A stretch of 64,000 bases of DNA from Lachnospiraceae bacterium (GTDB lineage Bacteria > Bacillota > Clostridia > Lachnospirales > Lachnospiraceae): contig JAQXIR010000077.1 in assembly GCA_029007885.1 (NCBI GenBank), positions 25,693-89,692 on the forward strand, read 5' to 3'. Position numbers and translations under genes: made by a program. How positions within the stretch are numbered: the first letter of the stretch is position 1; each line of letters begins with the position of its first letter. The notes below the pieces were generated by a model. It was not told the DNA's origin. It made no database searches and saw nothing but the letters and a program-made list of their open reading frames with translations. Shown one piece after another: positions 27,646 to 38,075 of the stretch.

Positions 27646-27692
27646 CACATATTTTGTACTACTTCCGTTCTTTTAAATCTTTTCTGAAATCC

Positions 27693-28178
27693 TTATTGCT
27701 CTGCTTTTACTGTCTTAGCAAATTCCTTAATGCTTTCATGTAACAGTTTCGGAACCGCCTGCGGGTTATCTTTCATACTGCTTGTAACTGCTTTTGCAAT
27801 AAACTTATCCATACCTTTCAATTTGGAAAGGTCCAGTTCTCCACCAAGGGATGCAGCACAAATAGAATGACTCAATAATTCCTGGCCAATGTTTTGAATA
27901 AGGAACGTCTCTGCCTGCTCCGGAAATCCGTTACAAATAAAAAATGCACATTTCTTGGAAAGAAGTTCCTTTGTATTTGCATCAATAAACTTCTTTGCAG
28001 CCTTATGCAGTTTTCCCATCCGGATACTTCCTCCGATAATCACAAGATCAAAATTATGGATATCCGGTGTTTCTTTTTCCAGATTACATACTTTGATGGC
28101 ACCCAAAAGTCCGGCAAGTTCTTTTGCTGCAGTTTCTGTTGTTCCTGTTTTTGTCGCGTAACATATGATTGTTTTCAC
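27693..28178 (-). CDS. flavodoxin-domain protein
   Basis: MKTIICYATKTGTTE FMN-binding loop. 161 aa. Confidence 0.8.
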   Translation of the reverse strand: MKTIICYATKTGTTETAAKELAGLLGAIKVCNLEKETPDIHNFDLVIIGGSIRMGKLHKAAKKFIDANTKELLSKKCAFFICNGFPEQAETFLIQNIGQELLSHSICAASLGGELDLSKLKGMDKFIAKAVTSSMKDNPQAVPKLLHESIKEFAKTVKAEQ

Positions 28179-28198
28179 TTTATTTTCCCCTCCTATTA

Positions 28199-29068
28199 TT
28201 ACTGTCCGTTGAAAATCTGGGCAATCGGTGAATCTTCAGACAAAATTACGGTCTTATTATCGCCTGTTACGGAAGCCTTTAATGCATCAAGACTTCTGAC
28301 AAAGGAGTAAAAATCCGTTTTGCTTTCATCCGCATAAGCATCCGAAAGAATTTTCATATATTCCGCTTCGCCTTCTGCTTTTAAAATCTCTGCCTGTTTT
28401 TCCGCTTCGGAAAGCATAATGCTGACTTCCTTATCGGTTGTATTACGGATTTTCTGTGCTTCTGCAGCACCTTCCGCAGTATAGGTTGCTGCAATATTTT
28501 CACGTTCTGAAATCATTCTTTCATAAACTGCTGCCTTATTATCACTCGGCAAATCCAGCTGCTTAATTTCAATGGTTACCAGTTCAATTCCGTACTGGTC
28601 AAACGTAGTTCCAAAGTTTTCCGTAATAGCCAATGCCAGTTCTCCGTCTCTTCCGGAGATTACCTCATCCTGTTCCATGGAACTGATCACATTCTTAATT
28701 GAGTTATAAATAACGGTATCAATTCTGTTTTCGGCATTTCCGATAGAACCGTTCAATGTCTTTGCAAATTTCATAGGATCGGTGATTTTCCATAATACAA
28801 AACTGTCCGTAATCATCGCCTTCTTATCCTGCGTGATAACATCAGAAGCAGCTAAATCATATACAAGAATTTCTTTCGGAAGTGTATCAACCGTCTGGAT
28901 AAACGGAATCTTAAAGCTAAGACCCGCTTCATCTTCAATATGATCGATTTTTCCGAATTGTCTAATCAATTTGTATTCGTTCTCACCGGTTACAACAGTA
29001 CAGGAAAGACCTGCAACAATTAAAATAACGGCTATAACGGTTACCATAATACCTGCTTTTTTCTTCAT
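28199..29068 (-). CDS. hflC: SPFH/band-7 protein, HflC-like protease modulator
   Basis: N-terminal TM helix plus an SPFH domain, paired with an HflK-like gene upstream. Confidence 0.85.
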   Translation of the reverse strand: MKKKAGIMVTVIAVILIVAGLSCTVVTGENEYKLIRQFGKIDHIEDEAGLSFKIPFIQTVDTLPKEILVYDLAASDVITQDKKAMITDSFVLWKITDPMKFAKTLNGSIGNAENRIDTVIYNSIKNVISSMEQDEVISGRDGELALAITENFGTTFDQYGIELVTIEIKQLDLPSDNKAAVYERMISERENIAATYTAEGAAEAQKIRNTTDKEVSIMLSEAEKQAEILKAEGEAEYMKILSDAYADESKTDFYSFVRSLDALKASVTGDNKTVILSEDSPIAQIFNGQ

Positions 29069-29081
29069 GGTCTCTCCCTCC

Positions 29082-30083
29082 TTATTCCTCTGTCAAAGTA
29101 CTGTCTGCCTTATTTTCCGAAGTTATTCCGTAAGAGGAAAACGGTTCCAGCGGGAGTACCTTATTTACTCCGTCAGAAGTATCAATAATCAGTTTCAAAT
29201 CAGGGAGAACATCTTCCATGGTTTCATAGAACATTCTCTTTTTTGTTACTGTAGGATTTTTTATGTATTCTTCATACATGGAATTAAATCTTGCAACCTG
29301 ACCGGTTGCTTCATTAATTCTGTCCGCTTTATAGGCTTCTGCATCTTTTATGATTTTATCGGCCTGTGCCTGTGCATTCGGAATCTTTTCATTGCGATAT
29401 TTATTGGCATTATTCAGTGCCGTATCTTTCCCTTGTTTTGCGGTTTCTACCTGCTTAAATGCTTCCATGATTTCCGTGGTCGGCGGTTCGGAATCCTGAA
29501 TTGTAATATTGACAAGTTGTAATCCGATATCCTGCTGCTGCAGTTTTTCCATAACCATTGCCTTAATATTCGCCTGAATTTCATTTTTTCCGTCTGTTAA
29601 AACACTGTCGACTTTATAACTTCCGATTACTGTACGGATACAACTTTGTGCCAGATTTTTCAAAATCAATTCCGGGTCTTCCGATGCATAGACTGCTTTT
29701 ACCGGGTCGGATACTTTGTACTCTACGAAAAAGTCAACATCGATAAAATTGAAATCACTGGTAATCATAATGGCTTCCGATTCAATCGTTGAATTTGTAT
29801 CCTGGTCGTATCCGATTGTAAAGCCCTGTATCGTCGTATTTACTTTCGTCACATTCTGAATAAACGGTATTTTAAAATGCAGACCGGATGTTGTAACGGC
29901 CTTTGCCTTTCCGAATGTTGTAAGAACTGCCTGTTCCTGTTCCCTAATCTGATAAGAACTCGAAAACAGTAACACAACAATAACAACAGCCAGTGCAGCA
30001 AATTTGAAAACTTTCAGAATATCTTTTGTTTCTCTTTGACGAATATGTTCCAATCCGTCATCTTTTCTTCCAAATCCCATCAT
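29082..30083 (-). CDS. hflK: SPFH/band-7 protein, HflK-like protease modulator
   Basis: N-terminal TM helix, an SPFH domain and a coiled-coil tail (ANKYRNEKIPNAQAQADKIIKDAEAYK). Confidence 0.85.
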   Translation of the reverse strand: MMGFGRKDDGLEHIRQRETKDILKVFKFAALAVVIVVLLFSSSYQIREQEQAVLTTFGKAKAVTTSGLHFKIPFIQNVTKVNTTIQGFTIGYDQDTNSTIESEAIMITSDFNFIDVDFFVEYKVSDPVKAVYASEDPELILKNLAQSCIRTVIGSYKVDSVLTDGKNEIQANIKAMVMEKLQQQDIGLQLVNITIQDSEPPTTEIMEAFKQVETAKQGKDTALNNANKYRNEKIPNAQAQADKIIKDAEAYKADRINEATGQVARFNSMYEEYIKNPTVTKKRMFYETMEDVLPDLKLIIDTSDGVNKVLPLEPFSSYGITSENKADSTLTEE

Positions 30084-30856
30084 TTTCTCCCTATTCTTTC
30101 GTTAGTTTTTGGTTTTACATATATTTCAGCCCATGCCGGAAGAAAACCGGCATGAATTGCAACACTTCGCGATATGGAATGAGATTCGCTTGTTCCGTAA
30201 AAAGGAAGTTTCCCCATCTCCCAAATCTTCTGCTTTATCAGAGAAGTCAGATATGTCGCAAGTCCTTCTCCTCTGTATTCCGACAACACATCAATTCCTA
30301 TCTGCCGCACATACTCTCCGTCCAGACTGGCTCCTGCCATACCTTTCCTGTTGCCGTTCTCATCGACTGCCGCAACTGCCAGAAAATCAGGCTGTGTCTT
30401 CGAATAGCAAAGTGCATGATGAAAAATATTCGTTTCTTTCATAGCCGCTATCTCTTGTTCATCAAACCATTGTACCCGTTTCTCTTCCCGGATAAAAGGC
30501 GCATCTTCATCCGGCAGAAAATAAATATGCGTGTCGGCAATCTCATGATCATAATCTGAAAGAATACGGTCTATCAGCCGTAAATTTGGGAATTTGCAGA
30601 ACCAGTCCGCAGATGCATCCTTAAACACTTCTTCACATCCGGCATAAATGCTCTCATCTGCCATCAGATATGCTTTTCCCATAAAGATAATTGCCCGAAA
30701 AAACAAATCCGTATCTGCCGCAATCCTTCCGCCCGGAATACTCTTTGACTTTGACAAGTAAATTTCTCCCGGTTTGATTTCCTTTGCTTCTTCCAAATTA
30801 CAATCAAGTGCAAACTGCTTTTCTATTGTTTTTATTACTTCTTTTGAAATTCTCAT
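30080..30856 (-). CDS. GNAT-family N-acetyltransferase
   Basis: C-terminal acetyl-CoA motif RGEGLATYLTSLI. 4-nt overlap with hflK. Confidence 0.75.
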   Translation of the reverse strand: MRISKEVIKTIEKQFALDCNLEEAKEIKPGEIYLSKSKSIPGGRIAADTDLFFRAIIFMGKAYLMADESIYAGCEEVFKDASADWFCKFPNLRLIDRILSDYDHEIADTHIYFLPDEDAPFIREEKRVQWFDEQEIAAMKETNIFHHALCYSKTQPDFLAVAAVDENGNRKGMAGASLDGEYVRQIGIDVLSEYRGEGLATYLTSLIKQKIWEMGKLPFYGTSESHSISRSVAIHAGFLPAWAEIYVKPKTNERIGRK

Positions 30857-30870
30857 TCTCTTATTATATA

Positions 30871-32745
30871 CTATGCGGTAATTTCTTCAAACTGTGAATT
30901 ATATAAAGATGCATAAAATCCGTTTTGTGCAATCAGCTGTTCATGATTTCCCTGTTCAATAATGTCGCCGTCCTTCATAACAAGAATCAAATCGGCATCT
31001 TTAATCGTGGAAAGTCTGTGTGCAATCACAAAACTGGTTCTTCCCTTCATTAAATTGTTCATCGCTTTCTGGATTCTGATTTCCGTTCTGGTATCTACAT
31101 TACTGGTTGCCTCATCTAAAATCAGAATCTTATTGTCGGCAAGAATTGCCCTTGCAATCGTGAGCAGCTGTTTCTGTCCTGCAGACACATTGCTTGCATC
31201 TTCATTTAGTTCCATTTGATAACCGCCCGGCAATGTCTGAATAAAATGGTGGGCATGTGCCGCTTTTGCTGCCGCAATTACTTCTTCATCCGTTGCATCC
31301 AGTCTTCCGTAACGGATATTTTCCATAATGGTTCCCTTAAACAGCCACGTATCCTGTAAAACCATTCCGAAAATTTCCCGCAATTCACTTCTGTTAAAAT
31401 CTCTTACATCATGTCCGTCTATCAAAATAGAGCCGGAATTCACATCATAGAAGCGCATCAATAATTTTACCATTGTCGTTTTTCCGGCACCTGTCGGTCC
31501 TACAATGGCAACAGTCTGGCCCGGTTTTACGTTACTGCAAAAATCATTGATAATAATCTTATCCGGATCATATCCAAAATGAACATTTTCAAATGTAACA
31601 GATCCTTCAATATCGGTAAGTTTTACCGGGTTTTGAACAGTCAGGTCTTCTTCCTCTTCCTCCAGAAATTCAAAAACTCTTTCTGCTGCCGCTGCCGTAG
31701 ACTGAAGCATATTGGAAACCTGTGCAATCTGTGTAATCGGCTGTGTAAAATTCTTAACATACTGGATAAATGCCTGGATATCGCCGACTTCTATCGTGCC
31801 TCTGACAGCCAGAATACTTCCGCTTACCGCAACTGCAACATATCCCAGATTACCGACAAACATCATAATCGGCTGCATCAGTCCGGAGAAAAACTGAGAT
31901 TTCCATGCAGAATCATATAATTTCTGATTGGTTGCATGAAATGTCTCAACGGTCTCTTCTTCTTTATTGAATGCCTTAATAATATTATGACCGCTGTAAA
32001 CTTCTTCTACCTGACCGTTAATTTCTCCCAGATATTTCTGCTGGTCAATAAAGTATTTCTGTGATTTTTTGACTACCAGGGAAATCAGAGTTCCCGATAT
32101 CGGCAAAATAACAATGGCAATTAACGTCATAATCGGAGAAATACTCAACATCATAATCAGGACTCCGATCATGGTCGTAAGGGATGTAATAAGTGTTGTA
32201 ATACTTTGGTTTAAACTCTGCCCTAATGTATCAACATCATTTGTAATTCGGGAAAGAACTTCTCCGACAGTCTTACTTTCAAAATATTTCATCGGCATTC
32301 TGTTGATTTTCTCAGAAATCTCTTTTCGAAAACGATAACAGAGTTTCTGTGAAATATTCGTCATAATCATGCCCTGTGCAAATGAAAAGGCAGCACTGAT
32401 ACAGTATAAAGCCAAAAGAATTGTAAGAATTCTTCCGATAAATCCAAAATCGATTCCTCCGGTTCCCGCAACTTTTTTCATCAGGCCATTGAACAATTCC
32501 GTGGTTGCTTTACTTAGTACCTTGGGTCCGACAATGTTAAAGACTGTACCGCAGACTGCAAAAATCATGACAAACAGAATTCCGATTTTATAGTTTCCCA
32601 TATAGCGAATCAATTTTGCGGTACTTCCTTTGAAGTCTTTTGCCTTTTCTCCCGGCATCATTCCTCCGCCCGGTCCGCCACCGTGGCCTCCCATCGGTCC
32701 TCTCCGTCTTGGCGGCATATGCTTCATGGATTTTGTTTCACTCAT
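30871..32745 (-). CDS. ABC exporter half-transporter (TMD-NBD)
   Basis: Gly-rich N-terminal tail, 6 TM helices, Walker A GPTGAGKTT, signature VSAGQKQ, Walker B ILILDEAT. Confidence 0.92.
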   Translation of the reverse strand: MSETKSMKHMPPRRRGPMGGHGGGPGGGMMPGEKAKDFKGSTAKLIRYMGNYKIGILFVMIFAVCGTVFNIVGPKVLSKATTELFNGLMKKVAGTGGIDFGFIGRILTILLALYCISAAFSFAQGMIMTNISQKLCYRFRKEISEKINRMPMKYFESKTVGEVLSRITNDVDTLGQSLNQSITTLITSLTTMIGVLIMMLSISPIMTLIAIVILPISGTLISLVVKKSQKYFIDQQKYLGEINGQVEEVYSGHNIIKAFNKEEETVETFHATNQKLYDSAWKSQFFSGLMQPIMMFVGNLGYVAVAVSGSILAVRGTIEVGDIQAFIQYVKNFTQPITQIAQVSNMLQSTAAAAERVFEFLEEEEEDLTVQNPVKLTDIEGSVTFENVHFGYDPDKIIINDFCSNVKPGQTVAIVGPTGAGKTTMVKLLMRFYDVNSGSILIDGHDVRDFNRSELREIFGMVLQDTWLFKGTIMENIRYGRLDATDEEVIAAAKAAHAHHFIQTLPGGYQMELNEDASNVSAGQKQLLTIARAILADNKILILDEATSNVDTRTEIRIQKAMNNLMKGRTSFVIAHRLSTIKDADLILVMKDGDIIEQGNHEQLIAQNGFYASLYNSQFEEITA

Positions 32746-34796
32746 CCCTGTCTGCCTCCTTTCAGTTCTGCTTCCGATAACTGTGATTTTGCAATTTCCT
32801 GATATTCTTCACAGGAAGCCAGCAATTCTTCATGCGTACCGATTCCGGTAATTTTTCCCTCATCCAAAACTATAATTTTATCTGCATGGAGAATTGTGGA
32901 AATTCTTTGTGCCACAATGATGACCGTTGCATCTTTTGTTTTTTTACCAAGTGCTTTTCGCAGTGTAACATCCGTTTTATAGTCCAATGCGGAAAAACTG
33001 TCATCAAACAGATAAATCTTTGGATTGGTTGCAATTGCTCTGGCGATGGAAAGACGTTGCTTTTGTCCGCCCGAAACGTTCGTTCCGCCCTGCGCAATCT
33101 CACTTTCATATCCATCCGGCTTTTCTTTGATGAATTCCTCTGCCTGCGCAATTTCTGCTGCTTCCTTCATTGTTTCATCCGATATATCTTTTCCTCCGAA
33201 TTTAATATTGGAAGAAATATTCCCTGAGAAAAGAACACCCTTTTGCGGAACATATCCAATCAGGGAATGTAACTTATGCTGACTAAGATCCCGGATATCT
33301 ACTCCGTCAATGGTAATGGAACCGCCTGTTACATCATAAAATCTCGGAATCAGATGCAGCAATGTACTCTTTCCGCAGCCGGTACTTCCGATAATGGCTG
33401 TTGTCTGTCCGGGAAGTGCCGTAAAATTAAGATCACTTAACACATCCTCTTTTGCATTCGGATAGCGGAAATTTACATGATGGAAAGCAAGAACGCCCTT
33501 TTCCTCTTTCATCTTATCATCTGCAGTTTCTTTTTTATCAAAAATTGTTGCTTCTGTTTGAATAACTTCTTCAATTCTTCCTGCTGCAACACCTGCACGC
33601 GGAAGCATAACCGAAATCATGGAAAGCATCAGGAAAGACATGACAATCTGCATCGTATATGTCATAAATGCCATCATATCACCAACCTGCAGACTTCCCA
33701 TATCAATATGTTTGGCACCGACCCATACAATCAATACCGTTATGCCGTTCATAATAAAAGTCATTAACGGCATCATTAAAGTCATGACTCTGTTTGTAAA
33801 TAACTGCGTTTTCATCAAATCTTTATTAGCTTTGTCAAACCGCTGCTCTTCGAATTTTTCCCGGCTGAAAGCACGGATAACCGGTATACCTGTTAAGATT
33901 TCTCTGGAAACAAGATTCAATCTGTCAACTAAACCCTGCATCATTTTAAACTTAGGCATTGTAATATTGACAAGAATGGAAACAAGAAGAATAACCGTTC
34001 CAACGGCTACTGCGATAATCCAGCTCATACCCGTATTTGTCTGGGATACTTTAATAATTCCTCCGATTCCGAGAATCGGTGCATAAGCGACCATTCTAAG
34101 AAGCATCACGGAAACCATCTGTATCTGCTGAATATCGTTTGTGCTCCTGGTAATCAAAGATGCGGTAGAAAAACCGTCAATCTCTGCATTGGAAAAGGAA
34201 ACCACCTTCGTAAATACACGATCTCGTAAATTTCTGCCGATTTTTGCAGCAGTACGGCTCGCAAGAAAACCGACCAGAATCGCGGCTGCGACCATCACAA
34301 CAGAAAGCAGAAGCATCTGGGCACCCTTAATCAAAAGATACGTAATTTGTATTTTTCCCAAATCGATTCCGATTGCTTCGTATTCTTTCTGTACGAATAG
34401 AATCGCTTTCTGAGAAATCATCAAGTCACTTACCGTTTCCTGCCCATTCTGTGAGGAAAAAGCAGCCATCGATTTACTAAAAAGTTCATCCAGATTTTCA
34501 AGATCCTCTTTTTTATTTGTATTTCTGATATAGATTCCCTCTTCCTTCACATCATAACAGGATTCCACATATCCGATTTCTTCCTGTGACATGAACTGTT
34601 CAAGGGCATTCAGTGTTTCGTTTCTGACTTCAAAAAAGGCAGCATTTTCAACACCGGACTGTTGTATTCCGACATCCACAATATCCGATGTAAACTGCGG
34701 AAGTGCCAAATCACAGTATGCCTGTAAAATCAAAAGAAGTATAATGAAAAGGACTTCCAATTTTGATTCTTTAAAATTCTTGAATAATTTAATCAT
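32742..34796 (-). CDS. ABC exporter half-transporter (TMD-NBD), partner of 30871..32745
   Basis: Walker A GSTGCGKST, signature VSGGQKQ, Walker B IYLFDDSF (degenerate site). There is an ATGA overlap with the partner gene. The start is set at the ATG at 34796, with AAGGAG 6 nt upstream. An insert of about 115 aa lies between TM1 and TM2. Confidence 0.9.
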   Translation of the reverse strand: MIKLFKNFKESKLEVLFIILLLILQAYCDLALPQFTSDIVDVGIQQSGVENAAFFEVRNETLNALEQFMSQEEIGYVESCYDVKEEGIYIRNTNKKEDLENLDELFSKSMAAFSSQNGQETVSDLMISQKAILFVQKEYEAIGIDLGKIQITYLLIKGAQMLLLSVVMVAAAILVGFLASRTAAKIGRNLRDRVFTKVVSFSNAEIDGFSTASLITRSTNDIQQIQMVSVMLLRMVAYAPILGIGGIIKVSQTNTGMSWIIAVAVGTVILLVSILVNITMPKFKMMQGLVDRLNLVSREILTGIPVIRAFSREKFEEQRFDKANKDLMKTQLFTNRVMTLMMPLMTFIMNGITVLIVWVGAKHIDMGSLQVGDMMAFMTYTMQIVMSFLMLSMISVMLPRAGVAAGRIEEVIQTEATIFDKKETADDKMKEEKGVLAFHHVNFRYPNAKEDVLSDLNFTALPGQTTAIIGSTGCGKSTLLHLIPRFYDVTGGSITIDGVDIRDLSQHKLHSLIGYVPQKGVLFSGNISSNIKFGGKDISDETMKEAAEIAQAEEFIKEKPDGYESEIAQGGTNVSGGQKQRLSIARAIATNPKIYLFDDSFSALDYKTDVTLRKALGKKTKDATVIIVAQRISTILHADKIIVLDEGKITGIGTHEELLASCEEYQEIAKSQLSEAELKGGRQG

Positions 34797-34960
34797 CCCA
34801 TTCTCCTTACCATCTATTAACAATTTTTTATGTTAATAACTTATAAAATAAACGTCAATAAACATTTTCTAAAAAAATTTTAAATATCTATAATAAACGA
34901 TTACTTTTCTTCTGTTTTGCGTTATAATTTCAAATAGTTTTACAGAAAGGTGTTTTTGTA

Positions 34961-36373
34961 ATGGTTTTCTCAAGCCTGACATTTTTATTCCGTTTTTTAC
35001 CGATTTTTTTATCGGTTTATTATATTCTTCCTCCAAGATACCGCAACATCTGTCTCTTTATCGGAAGCATTTTTTTCTATGCTTTCGGAGAACCGGTCTA
35101 TGTATTTTTAATTATCTGTTCCCTGCTTTTTAATTATGCGATTGCAAGACTGATGGATTCTTTTTCGGACAAACCGGTGCCAAGAACAATGTTGTTTTTG
35201 TTTGCGCTTTTCATTAATTTCGGTAACCTGATATTCTTTAAGTACACCGGATTTTTTCTGGAAAACATTAATGCGCTCCATGTGCTGTTTTCACCAAGTG
35301 CCAAACCTCTTTTTCCTTATATAGAAACGGGGCTTCCCCTTGGAATCAGTTTTTATACGTTTCAGATTGTTTCTTATATTGTTGACATCTATCGGAAAAG
35401 TTACCACAGTGAAAAAAATATCCTGCATATCGGTGTTTATCTGTGCATGTTTCCACAGTTAATTGCCGGCCCTATTATTACCTATTCCGAAATTTCAGAT
35501 GAGATTAAGAAACGTTCTTATTCCGGGTATCATTTTGAACATGGTCTTCAGATTTTTATTCTGGGACTCGGCAGCAAAGTCATTCTTGCCAATCGAATCG
35601 GTATCCTATGGCATTCCATACAGACAATCGGATATGACAGTCTGACCATGCCGCTTGCATGGCTGGGTGCGATTGCATATTCGTTTCAACTATATTTTGA
35701 TTTTTACGGATATTCATTGATGGCAATGGGACTTGGTAAAATGCTTGGATTTACCATTCCGAAAAACTTTGATCATCCTTATCTGTCTTTATCTATGACG
35801 GAATTTTTCAGAAGATGGCATATTACGTTGGGAAAATGGTTTCGGGAATATGTTTACATACCGCTTGGCGGCAATCGCAAAGGAACTGCTATTACGATAA
35901 GAAACCTTTTGTTTGTATGGTTTCTAACCGGTTTCTGGCATGGCGCGTCCTGGAATTTTATTTTATGGGGAATGTCTGTCGCTTTTTTGATTTTACTTGA
36001 AAAACTGTTTTTGGGTAAATATTTGAAAAAACATCGGATTATTTCCGTTATTTACATGATTTTACTTGTTCCGTCAAGTTGGATGCTTTTTGCCATCAAT
36101 AACCTGTCGGACATCCGGATTTATTTTTCAAAATTGTTTTCTTTCCATTTGGAAAACCAGGTTCTTAACTTAACCGATTTTCTATATTATTTGAAAACAT
36201 ACGGACTGCTGCTCTTATGTTGTTTCCTTTGTATGACATATCTGCCGGACCGGCTGTTCCATCAATTTCGAAAAAAGCCTGTGGGAATTATCGCTATTCT
36301 CCTGATTTTCTGGTTATCCGTATATTTTCTTGCAAGCTCAATTAATAATCCGTTTTTATATTTTCGTTTTTAG
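34961..36373 (+). CDS. MBOAT-family membrane O-acyltransferase (AlgI/DltB/PatA-like)
   Basis: 470 aa, polytopic, with the conserved RRWHITL..W..YVYIPLGG and WHG histidine region. Confidence 0.9.
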   Translation: MVFSSLTFLFRFLPIFLSVYYILPPRYRNICLFIGSIFFYAFGEPVYVFLIICSLLFNYAIARLMDSFSDKPVPRTMLFLFALFINFGNLIFFKYTGFFLENINALHVLFSPSAKPLFPYIETGLPLGISFYTFQIVSYIVDIYRKSYHSEKNILHIGVYLCMFPQLIAGPIITYSEISDEIKKRSYSGYHFEHGLQIFILGLGSKVILANRIGILWHSIQTIGYDSLTMPLAWLGAIAYSFQLYFDFYGYSLMAMGLGKMLGFTIPKNFDHPYLSLSMTEFFRRWHITLGKWFREYVYIPLGGNRKGTAITIRNLLFVWFLTGFWHGASWNFILWGMSVAFLILLEKLFLGKYLKKHRIISVIYMILLVPSSWMLFAINNLSDIRIYFSKLFSFHLENQVLNLTDFLYYLKTYGLLLLCCFLCMTYLPDRLFHQFRKKPVGIIAILLIFWLSVYFLASSINNPFLYFRF

Positions 36374-36382
36374 GAGTTTTTC

Positions 36383-37303
36383 ATGAAACAGCAAAAAAAT
36401 AATATGCCAACCTTTTGGCTTATTATCGTCTCAACCATGTTACTTACCATAGTAACCGGAATTTATCGGGAAACAGCATATTCTTCTTACAAGATTGATA
36501 TAGAAAAAGAACCCCTGCTCACTGTTCTGATGCAGGGATTCTCAGACCGGATTTTTCCCTGGAGCAACAGCAGAAATGACACTGCAGAAGTAATTACGAA
36601 AGTCCCCGATATAAACGAAATCTTGAGTGAAACATTAAAAGACGAAACAGTTTCTTCCGATACGGTTTCCTCTGATACGCTTACTTATTCTTTTTCCACA
36701 GTCGATGCTTCCTATTTTGATGATGCATTATTTATCGGCGATTCACGAACAGTAGGCTTAAATGACTATTCAAATCTGAAAAATGCTACTTTTTACGCCA
36801 AAGTTTCTTCTACGATTTACAACATCATGGAAGATCCGATAATCACCGCAGAGCCTTCTGAAATTCCGTATTACGGTTCGCGTGAAATTTCTATTACGCA
36901 GGCTCTAAGTAAAAAGCAGTTTCATAAAATATATATTATGGTCGGAATCAATGAATTGGGAACCGGTACTGTGGATACCTATTTTGAAAAGTTTAAAGAA
37001 GTGGTGGAAACCATTCAGACTCTGCAGCCGGATTCCATCATCTTTATCGAATCCATCATGCATGTTACAACAGAAAAGTCAAACAGTGATGCGATATATA
37101 ACAATCAGAATATCAATGAACGGAATGAAAAATTAAAAACACTTGCCGATAACCAAAATGTTTTTTATCTTGATATCAATGAAGTCTTAGATGACGATAC
37201 AGGCGGACTCAATCCTGAATATACTTTTGATTCTGTCCACCTAAAAGCTTCCAAATATACTCTCTGGGAAGATTATCTTTTGGCACACGGTATTCAAAAA
37301 TAG
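36383..37303 (+). CDS. membrane-anchored SGNH/GDSL hydrolase-fold protein, partner of the MBOAT
   Basis: N-terminal TM helix, GDS motif (LFIGDSRTVGL) and C-terminal DSVHL (DxxH). Confidence 0.8.
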   Translation: MKQQKNNMPTFWLIIVSTMLLTIVTGIYRETAYSSYKIDIEKEPLLTVLMQGFSDRIFPWSNSRNDTAEVITKVPDINEILSETLKDETVSSDTVSSDTLTYSFSTVDASYFDDALFIGDSRTVGLNDYSNLKNATFYAKVSSTIYNIMEDPIITAEPSEIPYYGSREISITQALSKKQFHKIYIMVGINELGTGTVDTYFEKFKEVVETIQTLQPDSIIFIESIMHVTTEKSNSDAIYNNQNINERNEKLKTLADNQNVFYLDINEVLDDDTGGLNPEYTFDSVHLKASKYTLWEDYLLAHGIQK

Positions 37304-37325
37304 CCGAATTCTAAAATTCGGCTAT
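37300..37325. terminator. bidirectional hairpin between convergent genes
   Basis: Perfect 11-bp stem atagccgaatt/aattcggctat with a 4-nt loop. It contains both stop codons. Confidence 0.65.
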
Positions 37326-38057
37326 TTCATATAAATACGCATTTCCTTTTTTTCCGATGCGTTTTACAATCTGCAAGTCATAAAGAATATTTAGCGTTAC
37401 ATTCGCAAGGCTTTTATTGATGTGAACCTCTTTTGCAAACTGTATACTCGTAAACGGCTCCGATAAATCGGGCGGAAGAAGCTGCATATAATCTTTAGGA
37501 CAGGAAAGTATCGTTTCCTGTGTCAGGTTTGTCGGAATTCTGTCATAACGACTGCTGCCCTTTTTTCGATTCTCACTCCAGCCGTTTAACAGGCGATATT
37601 CTTCCATATCCATCAACACTAATATAATCGTTAAATTCTTTTCTTTTAAATACGGTTTAATCTTATATAGTTCCGGAAATGCCTGATAGACATTTCCTTT
37701 TTTGGGAGACTTACGTTTCTTAGACAACTCTCCTGTCTCTTCATCAATCCAGATCAGCCATTTCGTATCCGGAATCGGCAGTACCACCGTTACCGGATAT
37801 ATCGGAAGAAAACGTTTCAGTTTTTCCCGTACTTTATCAAAATTTCTCGTCTGGATTTCAATGATTTCCGTTCCGGTAAAGATATCTGCATATAATCCTT
37901 CTATCGGTATTTCCTGTTTATCTTCATCCGGCTCATAATAATTTTTTAGAACCGCATGAACCGTCTTTTCCGACAATGTCCCAATCTGTCTGCGCTGTCT
38001 TTCCTTTCCGATTACCTTTTTTTTTGCTTTTTCAAATCTTTCTATATCTTGTTCCAT
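37311..38057 (-). CDS. uncharacterised 248-aa protein, possibly a PD-(D/E)XK-like N-domain plus a C-terminal winged helix
   Basis: ORF 18 nt downstream of the GH25 gene. GLYADI...EIIEIQT resembles a restriction-endonuclease-like core. The C-terminus FTSIQFAKEVHINKSLANVTLNILYDLQIVKRIGKKGNAYLY looks like a wHTH. Confidence 0.6.
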   Translation of the reverse strand: MEQDIERFEKAKKKVIGKERQRRQIGTLSEKTVHAVLKNYYEPDEDKQEIPIEGLYADIFTGTEIIEIQTRNFDKVREKLKRFLPIYPVTVVLPIPDTKWLIWIDEETGELSKKRKSPKKGNVYQAFPELYKIKPYLKEKNLTIILVLMDMEEYRLLNGWSENRKKGSSRYDRIPTNLTQETILSCPKDYMQLLPPDLSEPFTSIQFAKEVHINKSLANVTLNILYDLQIVKRIGKKGNAYLYEIAEF

Positions 38058-38075
38058 GTAGTTTTTCTCACATAA

